This document shows, in pieces, positions 24,700 to 36,530 of a stretch of 51,370 nucleotides of DNA. Every line of letters begins with the position of its first letter. Positions within the stretch are counted from its first letter, which is position 1. The notes under the pieces were generated by a model, which saw nothing but the letters and a program-made list of their open reading frames with translations, ran no database searches and was not told the origin of the DNA. Made by a program: the position numbers and the translations under genes. The stretch is from Blastocystis sp. subtype 4. Its lineage: Eukaryota. The DNA lies in the NCBI RefSeq assembly GCF_000743755.1, contig NW_014569509.1:1-51370 (forward strand), given 5' to 3'.

Positions 24700-26317
24700 A
24701 TTTCATTTCATCAATCATATCAATGACAGAAGATGCTGTACAAATAATCAGCACAAAAGTAAAGAGAACCAAGACAATCCAGTCTTCGATGTAGAGCCAC
24801 AGTCCATGTTTCTTCTTAAAAACACGTAAATGAAGTGCAACAGGCAGTAGTTGAGAAACAACAACTCCAGTGAAACTACCAAGTAAAATAATCAAGAAAA
24901 CAAAAGCAAAAGAATGCAAAGGATATTGATTGCATTAATAGAATCAAATTTAGGAACGAAATATGCTAGTATTGTGATTAACACTACTTGAAGTGTTCGA
25001 GACCAGAAACGAGTAGAATCTGTTACAAACAAACGATTCTCATGTTTGTTCTCTATCAATCATTCTTTCATTTCATACTTACGAACATTCGTTTCTAGAA
25101 TCTCAAAACAAGGTAGTAACAATAAAGGGAATGATCCAAGTAGAGTCAAAACCATAGTAGCAGCAACAGCATAGTACGCAAATGAATTTCCAGGGAGATT
25201 GAGGAGTACAGTATATTGAAGGCCCTGCGGATCCTGGTGGAACATAAGTAAGAGGATGATTCCTGAGCCGACATATAGTACACAGAGAATGAAAAGAGAA
25301 ATGTTGATATAACGAGAAGCATACTTTCTGGATTCCTTGCGGATTTTGACCTATGGTAAAGAAGAGAGGAGAATGACTACATAAAGAGAGAATAAACAGA
25401 GAAGGAATCCGAATGCATTGATAATGATACCGATGTTAGAAAGAATACCCATCAATGACTCAGGATAAAGAAGAGACGAATCCCAACGGATCCCCCAATG
25501 AATTCCACCGTATCTATGATCACAGAAATCAGATACACATACACTAAAGCAACAATGACTGCAAAGAGGAGAGCAAAGAGACCTAAGGCAGAAACTCCTA
25601 CGAGCAAACTAATGATATGAGAGAAAAAGAGAGTTTACTTAGAATCCTTTAGGAGACATAACAACCAACAGACGATCACAAGAATGATTGTTGGTAGAAT
25701 GCGTGCAATACGGGGATTGGGTGATATGGAAGAAAAGACAGGCAGAACAGTGAGATAGTCTGTCATAATCACCATGATGCCCATTGCAGAACCCCAAAGG
25801 GTGATTAGGATACTCCAATAAGTTAACCAGTATCCAAACTTCCCAAAATAGTGATAGCACATCACAATATAGAGATTATCCAATTTGTACAATGAGTCTT
25901 TTTCATTCTAGGAGAATAGAAAAAACATAAAACTACTTTCTTCTCTTTCTGAAACTGTTTGTTAACCTCTAATAGTCTCCAGGCACAAGTGGAATAAACA
26001 TACACAATGTACACAGTAAGAATAGTTCCCCATATGATACCCATCTACAATAAATGTTGGATGGATCTACGTACTTGTTTCATCATAAAAGGATATACGA
26101 GGCAGATGGACCCTGTAATGGCTTTCATTAGATTGGCCATAAACTATGAATGAAAGAGAATAGCAAGACCTTCTTGAATAGGTGTAGTCATGTTCTCCTC
26201 CTTGGGTTTCCTCTCATTCTCCAGAACGCTCTGATCATTGGCTACTGGTACCAACGTCTTCTCCGACTTTTCTTGAGTACCGATCTCTAATTTAGTTGTG
26301 ACAATAGGTAGTTCCAT
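24700..26317 (-). CDS. Amino acid transporter (AAAP/Aa_trans family), paralog 2
   Basis: Tandem paralog with the same exon layout. The predicted stop is AAA T(24700)|GGTT TGTTTGTT. Confidence 0.85.
24841..25200. repeat. Near-identical 360-bp direct repeat, copy 2
   Basis: Offset 1641 bp from copy 1. Confidence 0.9.
24883..24926 (-). other. U12-type AT-AC intron (44 nt), paralog copy
   Basis: Same sequence as 23242-23285 with one substitution. Confidence 0.85.
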
Positions 26318-26585
26318 AACTTTGAAAAAAAGAATAGTAACTGTCCAATAATTGGACCGAATTTGGTTATTCTATGAACTCTATAAGTACACAAATCGGA
26401 AGTAGAATATTTGGATCCCCAAGACTGTAAACATACCAGCAGCAAAAAGTAAACAAGAAATAAGTAGATTCTACGGTGATTAAGTAGAGCCTGGAAGGCT
26501 TAAGATAAACTTCAACTCCACTTTCCGGCTCATCTGAACTGCAGGTGAAATTGGTGGTTTCCCATTCTTTTCCTCAGACTTCATC

Positions 26586-27776
26586 ATGGAAGTCGATTCA
26601 CCCGATCAGATTCAGGCTAAGGTGGAAGAAATTAAACGTTTCTTCGAATTTAGCGTTTTGGAGGATGCCAAGTTCTCTGGAGCAGTAACTCTTGAAACGC
26701 TTCCATTCTCTTCTAGGTATCATTCCATTTACATATCAGTGATACTTCATCAACAGCGTTTACTATTCAAATCAACAGCGAAAATGGAGTTAAAACTGGT
26801 AGGAATGAATGTGAAAGAATGTGATTAAATAGCACAGGCGGTTGACGGAATCCACAAACCGTCCACTGTCGTAAGCATGAATGCTGGTGATTTTCTACAT
26901 GTTTACTCTGGTCAAGCGACTGCATTCGAAGTAACTCGGATGGTGATGCGTCGTCGGATTGTTGTGGAAGGTCACGATTTTGGTAAGGTTAGTTCTTTTG
27001 CTTCTTCGTTTGATTATTCTTCTGATATGTGGGAAGCGTTTTATCAACAAGAAATGGATGTTGAACGAGTGGGAATGAGTGGTTTCCATGATGATTAGGT
27101 TCAAAAGCAGTTGAACAATCTTAACAAGTTACCCGTCGTCCGTCAATTGTTAGGAGCTTCCTTTTCCATGCCTTCAGTTTCTGTTCCCTCTCTAACAGTT
27201 CGTTCTCCTTCGTTCCCAGTCTCATTCTGTCTTCCATTTGCACTTTCCATTTCATCTCGTATGCCACCCTATCTCTGGAGAGTCCTCACTAATACCCATC
27301 TCCATTTCCCTCCCATGGAGGTTGTCTCTCCTTCCCACAAATCGCATAATGAAGTTAACAAAGTAGTGTCCGAAGCTACCTTCCGTTCATTGTGTCACCA
27401 ATTGGCATCGCCTCCTGTGAAGGAGCCGGTGAAATACTGGTGGAATGACCAGTTGCTGGTATGTTTTTTGCTTCAATATTATATCTAGCGACCGTATACA
27501 CTGAATGAGAACATCTTTTACTCGAATCTTTGTGTAAGATTTATGAGATGGCTTGATCACGAAGGATATAAACAATGCTGATGTTTGGTATCATATGATT
27601 CGAGAGTACCCAAATGTGAAGGTATGAGGAAACAAGTGATTGATAAGGTTGTAGCAGTTGTTTCGCAACATTCGGTATAACCTTCAGCATGTTACTTTAA
27701 AAGAGTAGGATCGAGAAAGGAGGGTAAGAGATAGAATGGGTATTACCTTTTTAAAGGCTTTAGTGGGTATTGTTGA
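26586..27776 (+). CDS. Protein with an N-terminal SCP2 (sterol carrier)-like domain and a Ser/Pro-rich linker
   Basis: AFTIQINSENG..KPSTVVSMNAGDFLHVYSGQ..MVMRRRIVVEG..VSSF fits the SCP2 pattern. Multi-exon; TGA at 27774-27776 is inferred. Confidence 0.5.
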
Positions 27777-27834
27777 TTTTTCACCAAATGAATGCATGTG
27801 TTTGTTATAGTAATCTTTCCTTTCTATCAAGGGT

Positions 27835-28731
27835 ATGGAGGAATCCCATCCAGTGAAGGAAGATATTGAAATGTCTCCTTCGGTAGTAACCTCTCAGCCT
27901 TCTGTACTGATGCGAAGCAAGTATGAAACGTAGGTTAAAACCAAGACGGAGTCAGGTCACTCTAGTAGTAGGTCTTTTTGTGGACCGTAAAGAACTAGTC
28001 CATCTTGTCCACTCTCAGGAACGAGATAAAGACACTATTAATCCTATTCCACATTCTGTTTTTAAAAGATTCCATTATCCCAAAACGGGTTTGGTGCAAT
28101 TTGCTTTCTGACACAAAGGTGGACGTCTAGGAAATAACTATTTACTTTGGGGAAATGAGTGCAAGCACGCGTATTTCCCCCTTGTTGCAATTGCAGGACC
28201 AGATTGGCCAACAATGGTAATAACATATTTAGCATTCATTGGAATTACCATATTTGATTGTTATGTTGCAATGTACATTCATGAGGTGGTGATGAGTGTA
28301 GGAAGAATACTTCTTCCAATGTCTTCATTTACGCATTTATCGGAATTGCTGCAGTTCTGTTCTGGATTCTCTTGACAACAACACTCTCCAATCCTGGTAT
28401 TGCTTTTCGTGGTCAGGCCATCGATCCTTCCACTCCAGTAACATCTGAATGCCGTTTGAACTCTATTTGATTCTTATTCTCAGGGTTTTGTGAGATTCAG
28501 CGTGTCAAAGGAACTTGTCACTGCTCGATTTGTAACGTCTGCTACCGAGATGTAAGTATTGGTCATGAGTTTAATGGTTAGCTTGATCATCACTGTCCTT
28601 GGATGGGGAAGTGTATCGCAGAGAAGAATCTTGTTCTCTTTTATATTAGTGTAGGATCGTTCTTTTTTCTTGCTCTCGGATCTTGTGGTATTGTCATTCT
28701 GACTACACTATTCGAAGTCACCAAAGAATAA
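27835..28731 (+). CDS. DHHC palmitoyltransferase
   Basis: SNPGI..C|.FCEIQRVKGTCHCSICNVCYRD|LDHHCPWMGKCIAEKN plus TM segments. TAA at 28729-28731 and TGTTTGTT at 28758-28765. Confidence 0.92.
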
Positions 28732-28900
28732 CAGTAGGTCCTCTAGTACTCTTGTGGTGTTTGTTCAGTTTACACATATTTATAGGAGTCTTGGTTGCAC
28801 ATTTTTACTATAACTCATATCTGATTACCAGAAAATTCTTGGAAAATTCTCCCTGCAAACCTTCTTGTTCTACTTGCCAGATATTTCTTCATTCTACTAA

Positions 28901-29476
28901 ATGCCTCTTTGTCATCTTGGATCAAAGGTATTGGAGTCAGCAAATGTCATTATACGTCCTTTTACTGTGCAAGATGCTCCTGCCATGTATGCATACGCCT
29001 CCGATCCTGAAACAACCAAGTTCATGCGATTTTCAACGCACAAATCCATAGAAGAGACAGAAGCTCTTTTAAAGCAATGGGAGCACGCTTACTCAAGTGA
29101 AAGGTTTTATAACTGGGCTGTAGTGTGTAAGGAATGCAATGAAGTGATTGGATCGATTGGTTTGGTAGAAGTGAATGACTTTCACTGTCAAGCAGACTGC
29201 GGTTATTGTTATCGGAAAGATCACTGGGGACGAGGAATTGCAACTGAGTGTTTGCGGAGAGTGATCCAATTCTGCTTTGAGGAAATGGGTACCAATCGAC
29301 TGGAAGCCTTGCATTCAATCGAAAATCCTGCTTCTGGATGTGTAATGAGAAAGGCAGGAATGAGGAGAGAAGGTGTAAAACGAGAGTATTTCCCTACAGA
29401 TCATGGATATGTAGATTGTGTAATGTATGCAATAACAGCTTCTGATTATGCAGAGTCTGTTTCCAAAGGATCTTGA
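28901..29476 (+). CDS. GNAT acetyltransferase, RimJ/RimL-like (Acetyltransf_3), intronless
   Basis: IIRPFTVQDA..ASDPETTKF..IGSIGL..GYCYRKDHWGRGIATE..NPASGCVMRKAGMRREG. Confidence 0.92.
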   Translation: MPLCHLGSKVLESANVIIRPFTVQDAPAMYAYASDPETTKFMRFSTHKSIEETEALLKQWEHAYSSERFYNWAVVCKECNEVIGSIGLVEVNDFHCQADCGYCYRKDHWGRGIATECLRRVIQFCFEEMGTNRLEALHSIENPASGCVMRKAGMRREGVKREYFPTDHGYVDCVMYAITASDYAESVSKGS

Positions 29477-29506
29477 ACTCTTCCCTTGTTTTCTAACAAA
29501 CACTTG

Positions 29507-31521
29507 ACAACTCTCCAAAACCTATCCAGCAATCCGAATTCTTGCGGACTGTAGATAACGCACGTTTTTGTCCCTGATAAACATCGAAGATTTGTCTTCG
29601 ATCATACACATGACGAGTGATCATTAATTGGTAAATACGGCCATGGAAGGCATGCTCTCCTTTTGGAGTTCCTCCAATCGCCAACTCTTGCCTGTTCTAT
29701 GCATTATCCTCTTTCTCTTTTCCCACATCTGCAATAAAACGAATCGAGGTACGTGTTGTCATTAAACGGCCATTCAAATACACCTCCATGATCATTGGAT
29801 ACACAAGTTCCGCTACTGTTGAAATTCCCTCCATCTCCTACCCAGTACATCTTCAGAAAGATTGTCTTCCATAGGACGGAACACAACAGTGATGTGAGTC
29901 CAAGCTTCAGGATGAATGATTTCCGAAATTGTTTCCATCTCACAACGTGATTTCTTCGTTCGCCATAGAATGGTTATGCGTCTATATTATACGTCTTCCT
30001 ATACTATCTACTTGTCCTTCACAGAATAATATATACTATATCCAACACTCTTCTTCCTTTCCTCACAATCAATATCACGGTTGCTTAAAAGAACGACCTT
30101 TTCCTCGTCTGCCTCCGCACTCACCTTAAACCACATGAAAATCTACAAAGATTACAAAGAATTCGCTTCGATACACTAAGTTCGGGAGCATCGATAGGAC
30201 GCTCAATAATTACACTTCGATCGCCATCAAAAAGTACTCCTTCTCCTCTTCTACACTGGAGCCTCTTTCAATACGTACCCAGGAAGAATTGGATCTGATT
30301 TTAGCGAATCTGTAGGAGTAGGCACAGAAAGTGACTTGAAGAGAACTCGACTGAACACGTAACCGCAAAATACTCCAAGACAAATGATCAGAGCAATAAA
30401 GGAAACACGGACGATTTGAACTTTCTCTATCCATCACACATACACTTAGTAGCCACGGTTTCTCCTCCTCACTCCTGACATATTCATAGAGTAAGGTGAT
30501 TATGACCCCAAAAAGGGTGAGAGAATAGGACTGATTTCTGTAACAAACCCAAGTAACAATTACATAAGAAAATGGATCAGAAATGTGGCCAAAATAACGC
30601 AAAGAAGGATAAGGTCTCCAAATAGGGAAGACCAGGTGACTGCACAAACCCTAGAAGAATACAAGAAACGAGGAGCATGTGGAAAGGTGTTCCATGGATA
30701 TCTGGAGAGGAGAAAAACTCCACCGGCAATAAGAGATATCCCGTCGAACAGCAAAGAATGGGTTTTCAAGAATGGAATGAATGCAATGTCAACAAGGATG
30801 CTGATCGATGCAAACCAATAGACTTTTGGTTGGTTCCAGTTGTGTTTTTTCGACAGACAACTCAGGATCCATGTTTCGATTACTCCTCCTTGGATACTCA
30901 AGCTGTAGAGTCGCAATCCGGCAATGGGAGTGGGATAGTCGACTGCCATATGGATACAGATATCAGTGATTTGGACATAGAATAGAAGGAGGATGGATTC
31001 CAAGTTGTTGATGTTTGTGAAGCAGCGAATGAGCATCCAACCAAGAACAATGATAGTTAAGTGAACCACATAATCTACAGTTCCCTCACTCACGAGAAGG
31101 CACATCAATAGGTTTGCAATCTATATTATGAGTGGCGAGAACAGTCGACTTTGCTTGGCTCAAAAGGGAAGGGAGATACGAGCATTCCTGCTTCTTCAAA
31201 GTGCACTGGATCGATGCCAAGCATGAAATTCCTTCGGATCGATACAAACCCAAAGGTACTTAGATTGAAGATCAGAATGATGATCGAGAAAACTGAAATA
31301 TAGATCAGAGGATGCTTTAGCCATTGACAACGATTGGATGGAAGAGGAATTGGCTCGGAAACATCTTCAATCACAGTTACCGGGGACTGGGGCCATGAAA
31401 TATCCATTTCTTGAGACTATCCATGATAGACGAATTAAGAATCAACCGTTTCAGGAATGGTGCTGAGGGAATCGGTCAGATTTCTCTTGAAGTCAAATTT
31501 TATCATTCATCCCACCTTCAT
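29507..31521 (-). CDS. Multi-pass membrane protein with a C-terminal LamG/concanavalin-A-like domain
   Basis: Several hydrophobic exons, then GVLFDGDRSVII..MWFK and LAIGG..FHGRIYQLMI..QIFDVY. The predicted stop is T(29507)|CAAG TGTTTGTT. Confidence 0.55.
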
Positions 31522-31735
31522 GAAATCGCTTAGTCCATCATCTGTAGCTAGAGGCATTGCCTGAAAGACATCTACCGATCTTCGTTTCCTATTTGATAGA
31601 CACCGGTGAAAATAGGCAATATATGCAATTTATAATAGATTCCAAATTGATAATTGAAGGAGGCAACCAACACTTTCGGTTCTGTGAAGGGCATCGTTTC
31701 TCTAATTTTCGTTATTTCTTTTCTTTTGCTGCTCG

Positions 31736-33949
31736 ATGACGATAGAGGAGCAAAAGGGAAACGACGAGAAGGAAGGCACCGTTTCTCAGCAAAACGAGAT
31801 GTTTTGTTTAGCCAAACTCTATGGAATGAAGGATGCAGATGATTGGGAAGAGATATATGTTGGACTCTGTGCAATTTCCAAAGTCGTGAGTTCTTGTGAA
31901 TTGGCTTTATTTTGCATAGAACTCAGACCAATGGGGTATTCTAATGATTGGAATTGAAGGAAAGGAAGGAGAAGTTCTCTTCCTACCGATTGAGCGGACG
32001 AACAAATATGAGTCCTATGATGGTAGGTTTTCTGGTTCATCAGTTGCTTATTCCTCCATAGAAGTTCTTATTCTGTGGAAGGAAGTACTTTGCTCATATT
32101 CCCTCAGTTTTTTAAGTAAGAAAGACCGAGACTATGTGTTGTATGAATGCAGGGGTGTAACTACTCTTGTAGAGAACGAATTCATTCCACACAGGAAGAA
32201 ATGATAGCTGAATTGGAAGGGGATCATTCTGGTAATGAACCGCCTTTAGAGCTTCCATCAGTGTCTGCAGACACGATTCACCAGATTTGTGAGACCGTTT
32301 CATCTGCAGACATTTCCCAGAAAGATTCATTTCATGTATTATTGAAGGAAGATGTGAGAGTGAAATAGAGCTGTAATCTGTAGAACTTCAAGTTTCTTCA
32401 TCAGCTGTTAGATTTGTTTCCAGTATTAGAATCCAGCAATCAGGTTGATAAGATCCATGATTTGATTTCGCTCTGTCAACTCATTTGTACAAGTGGTTGT
32501 ATTCTCTTATTGTAGTGGATCTTGGTTATGATGATGTCGTGAGCGTTCTTTTCAGTGATGATTGCTATCTACATCTCTTCGGCATTATGGAATGTATAAA
32601 TGAATTCCCGCGGTTATTACTAGATAAGCCAGATTTGCCTCATAAGGCCGAATATCGCGATTTCTTTCTGCATCATGTTCACTGTCGCAATACAATGCCA
32701 AATCTTGATACAAGTCTGGAAACACTGATGCATCGTCTGTATCGGCTCTTATACTATCGAGTATGTTAATTAGGTGACTAATTATTGTAGGATGCCATTG
32801 ATCCTCAACCAATTGATGAGATCATTTCGAGTGGTTTATCTGCTCAAATCCGGATTTGTGAGAATGAGCTTCTTCGGCGCGTTTGTCTAAGCGCATCTTT
32901 TGTTCCGGATCTGTGTTGGATGTAATTGAGTTTGACAAGTAGTTTGACCGGTTTGGAGGGAGATGACGAAGCCACCCAACTGAGTCTCTGTGTGATCAAT
33001 GAGCTATGTCTGTACTGCAAAACGATGACAGTCGGTGATAGAGCAGTATTGATGAGGTGAGAGTATCTTCTGAATATGACGATCAGGGCTTTGGAGCAAA
33101 AGGACTATCGATTCAGTACTCACCTCCACCACTGTCTTAACAGACCTCGCTCAGCACTCAATCGTTCTCTCATCTATACAGTACTGGAACAACGAGTGAG
33201 TTTCGGTCTAACAAGTTTTCGACGATACATCCAGGAATGTGATTCTGAGAATGTATTGACTGACGTGCTTCATGATGTGTGGAATGAGGTGAGAGTCAAG
33301 CATGTTCATCATATCTAGGCTTCTGAAATCCAGTATAGCTGTCAAGCCATTCTCACAACTGTCTTAAGTAATGACAGTACAGTAAGATTCATTCGTTCTC
33401 TCTATATTCTAGTCTTCTGGCTTTATTTCGTTCTTTTACGAACACTATGCACCTGAACTGGTCAAGCCCTTACGACTGTCTACTCCTGCTTCTTCTTCCT
33501 TTATCACTGGAGCAGAACTCGTTCTAACTCTTCTGGCCTCCAACATCCAGAACCATGGGACTAATTTGCAATTTCTCATCCTCAAGTTTAATCTGTTTCC
33601 CGTGATTCTTGCATTCTTGGATAGTCCTTCCAAACGATTGCATCTGATCTGTGTTCAGTTCTTATCCAATTGTTTGCTGAGTGGTGTGGAGTGGTATACC
33701 AAATATATTACGAAGAGGGACTACATCTCACCGCTTCTTCGTTATGCTGAAGCCCATATTGAAGAGGATAATTGTGTGATGAGTGCTTTATTGGGATGTT
33801 TGCGGAGTATTCGGATCAAAGGTGATAAAGCGATGTGGGACTTTGTCAAATCGAAGGTTGAGGGATATGAACATCTGAAGCGAAAGCGGTTTTTACTGGA
33901 AGATTCATGTGAATGGAGTAACAAGCGGGTTAAGACGAATACTCCATGA
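31736..33949 (+). CDS. PPP4R3: Protein phosphatase 4 regulatory subunit 3 (SMEK/Psy2)
   Basis: EVH1-like AKLYGMKDADDWEE..LILWKE..YSLSF, SMK-1 domain LFSDDCYLHLFGIME|..YRDFF, and C-terminal DNCVMSALL. TGA at 33947-33949, then TGTTTGTT. Confidence 0.8.
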
Positions 33950-34025
33950 TTGCGTGTATTCTTTGTTTGTTTGTCTCAAACACGAGGATCTTTCGCTTGT
34001 GCAAAATCAGTCTTCGTCAGAAAAC

Positions 34026-35223
34026 ATGGAGACAGAACACTGGATTCGTTATTACACAGAAAAAGGAGATTATGAAGAAGGAATCCCGTATTATTACAAT
34101 AAGGAAACTGGTATTACCCAATTTGAGGAGCCCAATGAGTTTCGATATCAGTCGTACTGTCTTCCACAAGGTATAATTAGTGGACTTAGTTTTCCTTAGG
34201 GATCATTGCTACTTCTCTTCTTCCTGATACATTTCGGACAAGGTCACTGGAAGAATGTTTGGAATTAATTGGTGTTGATAGTATTGGTCATTTGAAGAGT
34301 AATTCTATTCAAGAGTTGTGTCGCTTGCGAGATTGTGGGTCAAAGCTTTTGTTTTCATATCTAGCTATTGGAGATGATGATGAGTGGAGGAAACTCGCCT
34401 TTCGAAACAATTGTCTATTGGAATATGTAGTTGTTAGTCAGTTTGTCAATGTACTGTATGGATCTTAGAGGTAGTACAATCCTGTAATTTCTATGGAAGA
34501 ATTTGATGCTTGCATTCTAATGATATCACGGTTCTTCGCCATCCATTCTGTCATTGTAGCTGTTCTCTTTGACGACCGTTTTGGAGGCTCTGAACGGGTT
34601 ACTACTGATCCTAAGGCTGATGTGTAGTGTCTGTTTTGTCTCACCTGTGGACTGACTCGGGTTCGTGGTTCTCCATTTGAACCTCACTTCTTATCTTTGT
34701 TTCAAGCGATCGCTGATTATCTTCCCTATTCGAAATCATTACTGATTCAGTTGCAACAGTCCTTCGCTCACTATCCATCAGAATCGTTTCTTCAAGTCCT
34801 CGTTTCGATGCTGTCAAGTGTTCACTCATAGATATGCTACAGCCAACAGAACCCTGGCGACTTTGCTGAGAGTGTGGTAGATGCAGGACAGTGTTCATCA
34901 CAGTTTATCTCGCTATTGAATCATTCGTTTGTCCAGAACCGGGAAAGCGAAATATGTTGGAGATTCTTATTGTATTGTATCAGTGTGAAGGAGGATTTGC
35001 TGTTTGTTAGTGATTATATGGTGTTGATTGATCTATGTTTGCGGATTCTGATTGATGAAGGAGAAGGATGCGGATATTGTGATGTCCTCCGTGAATTATT
35101 GAAAGTAATAGCAAGAATGAAGATGTACCATGAAAAGGTAGCCGAGTGAGGAGTGTTATGATGACTAGTTGAATGACTACAAGTGGAAAGAAGTGTCTCA
35201 TATGATATCCAATGAAAGGTTAT
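34026..35223 (+). CDS. WW-domain protein with a C-terminal SPIN90/Ldb17 (DUF2013)-like region
   Basis: WW segment HWIRYYTE..GIPYYYNKETGITQFEEP. C-terminal QFISLLN..LFVSDYMVLIDLCLRILID resembles SPIN90 FY.TD..LIDI.VR. The predicted stop is T(35223) before TGTTTCTA. Confidence 0.55.
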
Positions 35224-35246
35224 CAATTGTTTCTAATACAAACAAA

Positions 35247-36377
35247 CTATGATCTTCGTTTACGCACAGTTGAATCCTCCTTCTTCAAACCCTCATCTTC
35301 AATGGAGCTAACAGGCCAATACTCTATCGGTTCACTCTTCACTTTCACATCTTTCATGTTCTTAGATTGGTTCTCCTTTTCTTGAGGGACCTCTTTCTTT
35401 ACTGTAACCTCTGGTTCCTTCCGTCTCGATATAATCAGAAAGCATCCATATCCTGTTAGCAACAGAGTTCCTCCCATCATCATACTTCCCTATCACTTAT
35501 CCATTGTATTCACACTCACGACAAATAACACAAACACAATACCACAAGCCAAATGATGTTTCTGAAGAGCTAACCGCCAACCCTGCATCTTCACATGAGT
35601 TTTCAACACACAATTAGAAATCACCACCTCTGGGTTGTGGACAATGAATCGAATCCACTCAACATCAGTATTTACACTCTATGTAACAGTTCCAGCAGCA
35701 GCACTTACAATGGATGTATCCAGAAAACATGGCATTGTGCGTGTTTCTCCATTAACCATAAACCCTGTAACCCACAATGGATACAAAAAGAATGATTTTG
35801 AGATTCCAGCAACAAGAAAATGCCAATCTGTGATGAACGTTTTGAAGGATGATTCAATCACTTCTCCACTCTTCGATACCAACTGGGCCTCAATTGTGTA
35901 AACGGGAGCTCTCAAATTCACCATCATATAGGGAAGAGTGTATTTCAGTTCAAATTGAATGCGCGAATTTTGGTTCTACCAAATAAATACCAATATCGAA
36001 AAAAACCTGTGAAGGAGACAACTGAAGTTCATTCACAAGATAATCAAAATGGACTTGCGCTGTTGGAACGATATTCTCTTGAATTCGCTCTTTTGAAGGC
36101 TTATAGTATTGACTAGGGGAGAATATGACCATTCAACGTACGAATAGTTGAAATCAACATTAAAAGAATGATCTGAATGTGGGATAATGCGGGAATAAAG
36201 AAACTCATATAAAATGGCAGAACAACAGATACTGCAGACTGCAACCATAAACAAAAATATCAATACAAAAACACATAATACAACAAATTTATAATTATTG
36301 TACGCTTTCTACACGCTCATCTCCAGTCCAAGTGATTACCAGAATAAGGTTATATACAGAGCTAGATTTCCAATCAT
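35247..36377 (-). CDS. Seipin-like protein
   Basis: TM1 followed by LYEFLYSRIIP..SFNVDFNY..PTAQV, a luminal domain, a second TM and a charged tail. Confidence 0.65.
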
Positions 36378-36457
36378 AATCCGTTTGTTCTTCGGTTTTC
36401 ATTAGATTATTCTGTGATAATTGACCTTTTTATTTTACAGGATAAAAGATTTGATAA

Positions 36458-36530
36458 GCGGCTTTGGCTCAGTTGGAAGAGCGTGGGTCTCATAATCCCA
36501 AGGTCGTGAGTTCGATCCTCACAAGCCGCA
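36458..36530 (+). tRNA. tRNA-Met (CAT), elongator type
   Basis: Acceptor stem GCGGCTT/AAGCCGC, D arm GCTC..GAGC, anticodon loop CTCATAA with U31-U39, and T arm GTGAG-TTCGATC-CTCAC. A T8 Pol III terminator lies at 36531-36538. Confidence 0.97.

Noticed and set aside
27780..27810. Possible poly(A)-made UGA stop before TGTTTGTT
   Set aside because: The best splice model ends at an encoded TGA (27774-27776) in a different frame.
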